A stretch of DNA of 64,000 nucleotides from Candidatus Poribacteria bacterium. Its GTDB lineage: Bacteria > Poribacteria > WGA-4E > GCA-2687025. The stretch covers positions 1,408,001 to 1,472,000 of the forward strand of contig OY762492.1 of the NCBI GenBank assembly GCA_963665845.2, in the 5' to 3' direction. Each line of letters begins with the position of its first letter. Within the stretch, counting starts at the first letter, position 1. The notes beneath the pieces were generated by a model. The model ran no database searches. It saw only the letters and a list, made by a program, of their open reading frames with translations, and was not told the origin of the DNA. Positions 62,308-64,000 of the stretch are shown here, piece by piece. The position numbers were made by a program, and so were the translations under genes.

Positions 62308-64000
62308 ATGATACAGCATGACGCATTGATTGTAGGGGCGGGGCTGGCGGGTCAATCGGCGGCGCTGGCTGCAATACGCAACGGCGCGCGCGATGTGGCG
62401 ATCTTGACGAAGGTGCATCCGGTGCGCTCGCATTCGTGCGCGGCGCAGGGCGGAATCGCCGCGTCGCTCGGCAACTCGGCGCCCGACTCGACCGAATCCC
62501 ACGAATTCGACACCGTGAAAGGCGGCGACTATCTAAGCGATCAGACCGCCGCGACCATCTTGGCGGAAAACGCCCCCGACACCATCTACGAACTGGAGCA
62601 TATGGGCGTCGTCTTCAGCCGAACCGAAGACGGCAAAATCGCCCAGCGCCCCTTCGGCGGACACACAAGCCCCCGCGCCTGCTACGCCGCCGACCGCACC
62701 GGCCACGCCGTCCTGCATGGGCTGTATGAGCAGGTGATGAAAGCAGGCGTCAAAACCTACTCCGAATGGTATATGCTGTCGCTTGTCATCGAAGAGCGGC
62801 AATGCAGGGGCGTCGTCGTCATGAACATCGACACGGGCGAAATCGAAACGATACGCGCAAAGGCGGTCTTTTTCGGCACGGGCGGATACGGGCGCATCTT
62901 TCAGACGACCACGAACGCCTTCGCCTCCACCGGCGACGGCGCCATCATCGCCTACCGCGCGGGCATTCCGCTTGAAGACATGGAGTTCATGCAGTTTCAC
63001 CCGACGGGGCTGTATCGGCATGGGATACTGGCGTCCGAGGGGGCGCGCGGCGAGGGCGCGTATCTCATCAACGGCAAGGGCGAGCGGTTCATGGAGCGTT
63101 ACGCCAAGGAGCGCATGGAGCTGGCGCCGCGCGACATCGTCTCCCGCGCCGAGCAGATGGAGATCGACGAAGGGCGCGGAGGCGAGGAGGACGGCGGCGC
63201 CGTCTATCTAGACCTGCGCCATCTCGGAGGCGAACGCATCATGGAGCGGCTGCCGCAGATATGGCAGCTCGCCTACGATTTTCTCGGCGTCGACATGATC
63301 AAGCAGCCGATACCGATTCAGCCGACTGCCCACTACTCCATGGGCGGCATCCCGACGAATACGGACGGCGAAGTGGTGGACGATCAGGAGAACAGCGTTG
63401 TCCGCGGTTATTACGCCGCCGGCGAATGCGCCTGCGTCTCCACGCATGGGGCGAACCGCCTTGGGACGAACTCGCTGCTGGAGGCTTGCGTCTACGGCGC
63501 GCGGACCGGCAGATCCATCGCGCGGTATGTGTCCAATGGCGCGTCGGAGGAAGGCGCTGAAAAAGCGTTGAAAGACGCCCAAGCGCGCGCCGTTGAATAT
63601 GTGGAACGGGTTCGCGCCATGGACGGTCCCGAACGAACCGCCGACATACGTACCGACATGAAGCATGCGATGATGCATAAATGCGGCGTCTTTAGAGAGG
63701 AGAAGCCGCTTCAAGAGCTGATGGGCGAGCTGCAGGAGCTGCGCGCGCGCTTTGAACGGGCGAGCGTCATGGACAGGGGGCGGCGTTTCAACACCGAGAT
63801 TCTGGAGACGATCGAGATGGATCATATGCTGGAGCTGACGCAGGTTGTCGCGGCGGGGGCTTTGGCGCGGCAGGAATCGCGCGGCGGGCATGCAAGGCGC
63901 GACTATCCGCAAAGGGACGACCAGAGCTGGCTCAAACACACGCTCGCCTACCGGCAGGAGGACGGAACCCCCGCCCTGCGGTATAAGTCCGTTGAGATTG
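62308..64000 (+). CDS. sdhA: Succinate dehydrogenase/fumarate reductase flavoprotein subunit, 3'-truncated by window edge
   Basis: Absent from the ORF track (no stop in window): [50 protein letters not shown]. Confidence 0.95.
   Translation, partial: MIQHDALIVGAGLAGQSAALAAIRNGARDVAILTKVHPVRSHSCAAQGGIAASLGNSAPDSTESHEFDTVKGGDYLSDQTAATILAENAPDTIYELEHMGVVFSRTEDGKIAQRPFGGHTSPRACYAADRTGHAVLHGLYEQVMKAGVKTYSEWYMLSLVIEERQCRGVVVMNIDTGEIETIRAKAVFFGTGGYGRIFQTTTNAFASTGDGAIIAYRAGIPLEDMEFMQFHPTGLYRHGILASEGARGEGAYLINGKGERFMERYAKERMELAPRDIVSRAEQMEIDEGRGGEEDGGAVYLDLRHLGGERIMERLPQIWQLAYDFLGVDMIKQPIPIQPTAHYSMGGIPTNTDGEVVDDQENSVVRGYYAAGECACVSTHGANRLGTNSLLEACVYGARTGRSIARYVSNGASEEGAEKALKDAQARAVEYVERVRAMDGPERTADIRTDMKHAMMHKCGVFREEKPLQELMGELQELRARFERASVMDRGRRFNTEILETIEMDHMLELTQVVAAGALARQESRGGHARRDYPQRDDQSWLKHTLAYRQEDGTPALRYKSVEI

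Overview
High-GC bacterial chromosome segment, mostly housekeeping. The lineage is a diderm (bamA-skp-lpxD, kdsB) with a divergent 16S rRNA; the 16S primer-site mismatches and a shared C-terminal 'SVxPxGKxxxxWxALK' motif suggest a Poribacteria-like lineage (inference). The window opens with the 3' part of a Ro60/TROVE gene followed directly by a circularly permuted tRNA-like Y RNA. It then carries polysaccharide genes, hemA-ahbAB-chdC heme genes, a thrC-like gene, gpmA, a GGGP synthase, an OsmC-family gene, mqnB/mqnD and rlmD. A complete rRNA operon (16S-Ile-Ala-23S-5S) lies on the minus strand. The rest holds rsmD-nth, purH-purD-purE-tsaE, asd, a multiheme-TPR protein, a deleted IS1, tandem TPR lipoproteins, TonB and the 5' part of sdhA. 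Intergenic DNA is filled by a MITE-like family carrying dRS3-like palindromes. Best unannotated signals: (1) a Met-rich leader peptide (7 Met in 29 codons) whose codons pair with the translation start region of the thrC-like gene, a candidate methionine-sensing attenuator; (2) the Y RNA with an acceptor stem closed by a GCCA loop; (3) a UGA/SECIS-recoded OsmC selenoprotein; (4) a shared C-terminal putative sorting motif. All calls come from reading the sequence; no searches were run.
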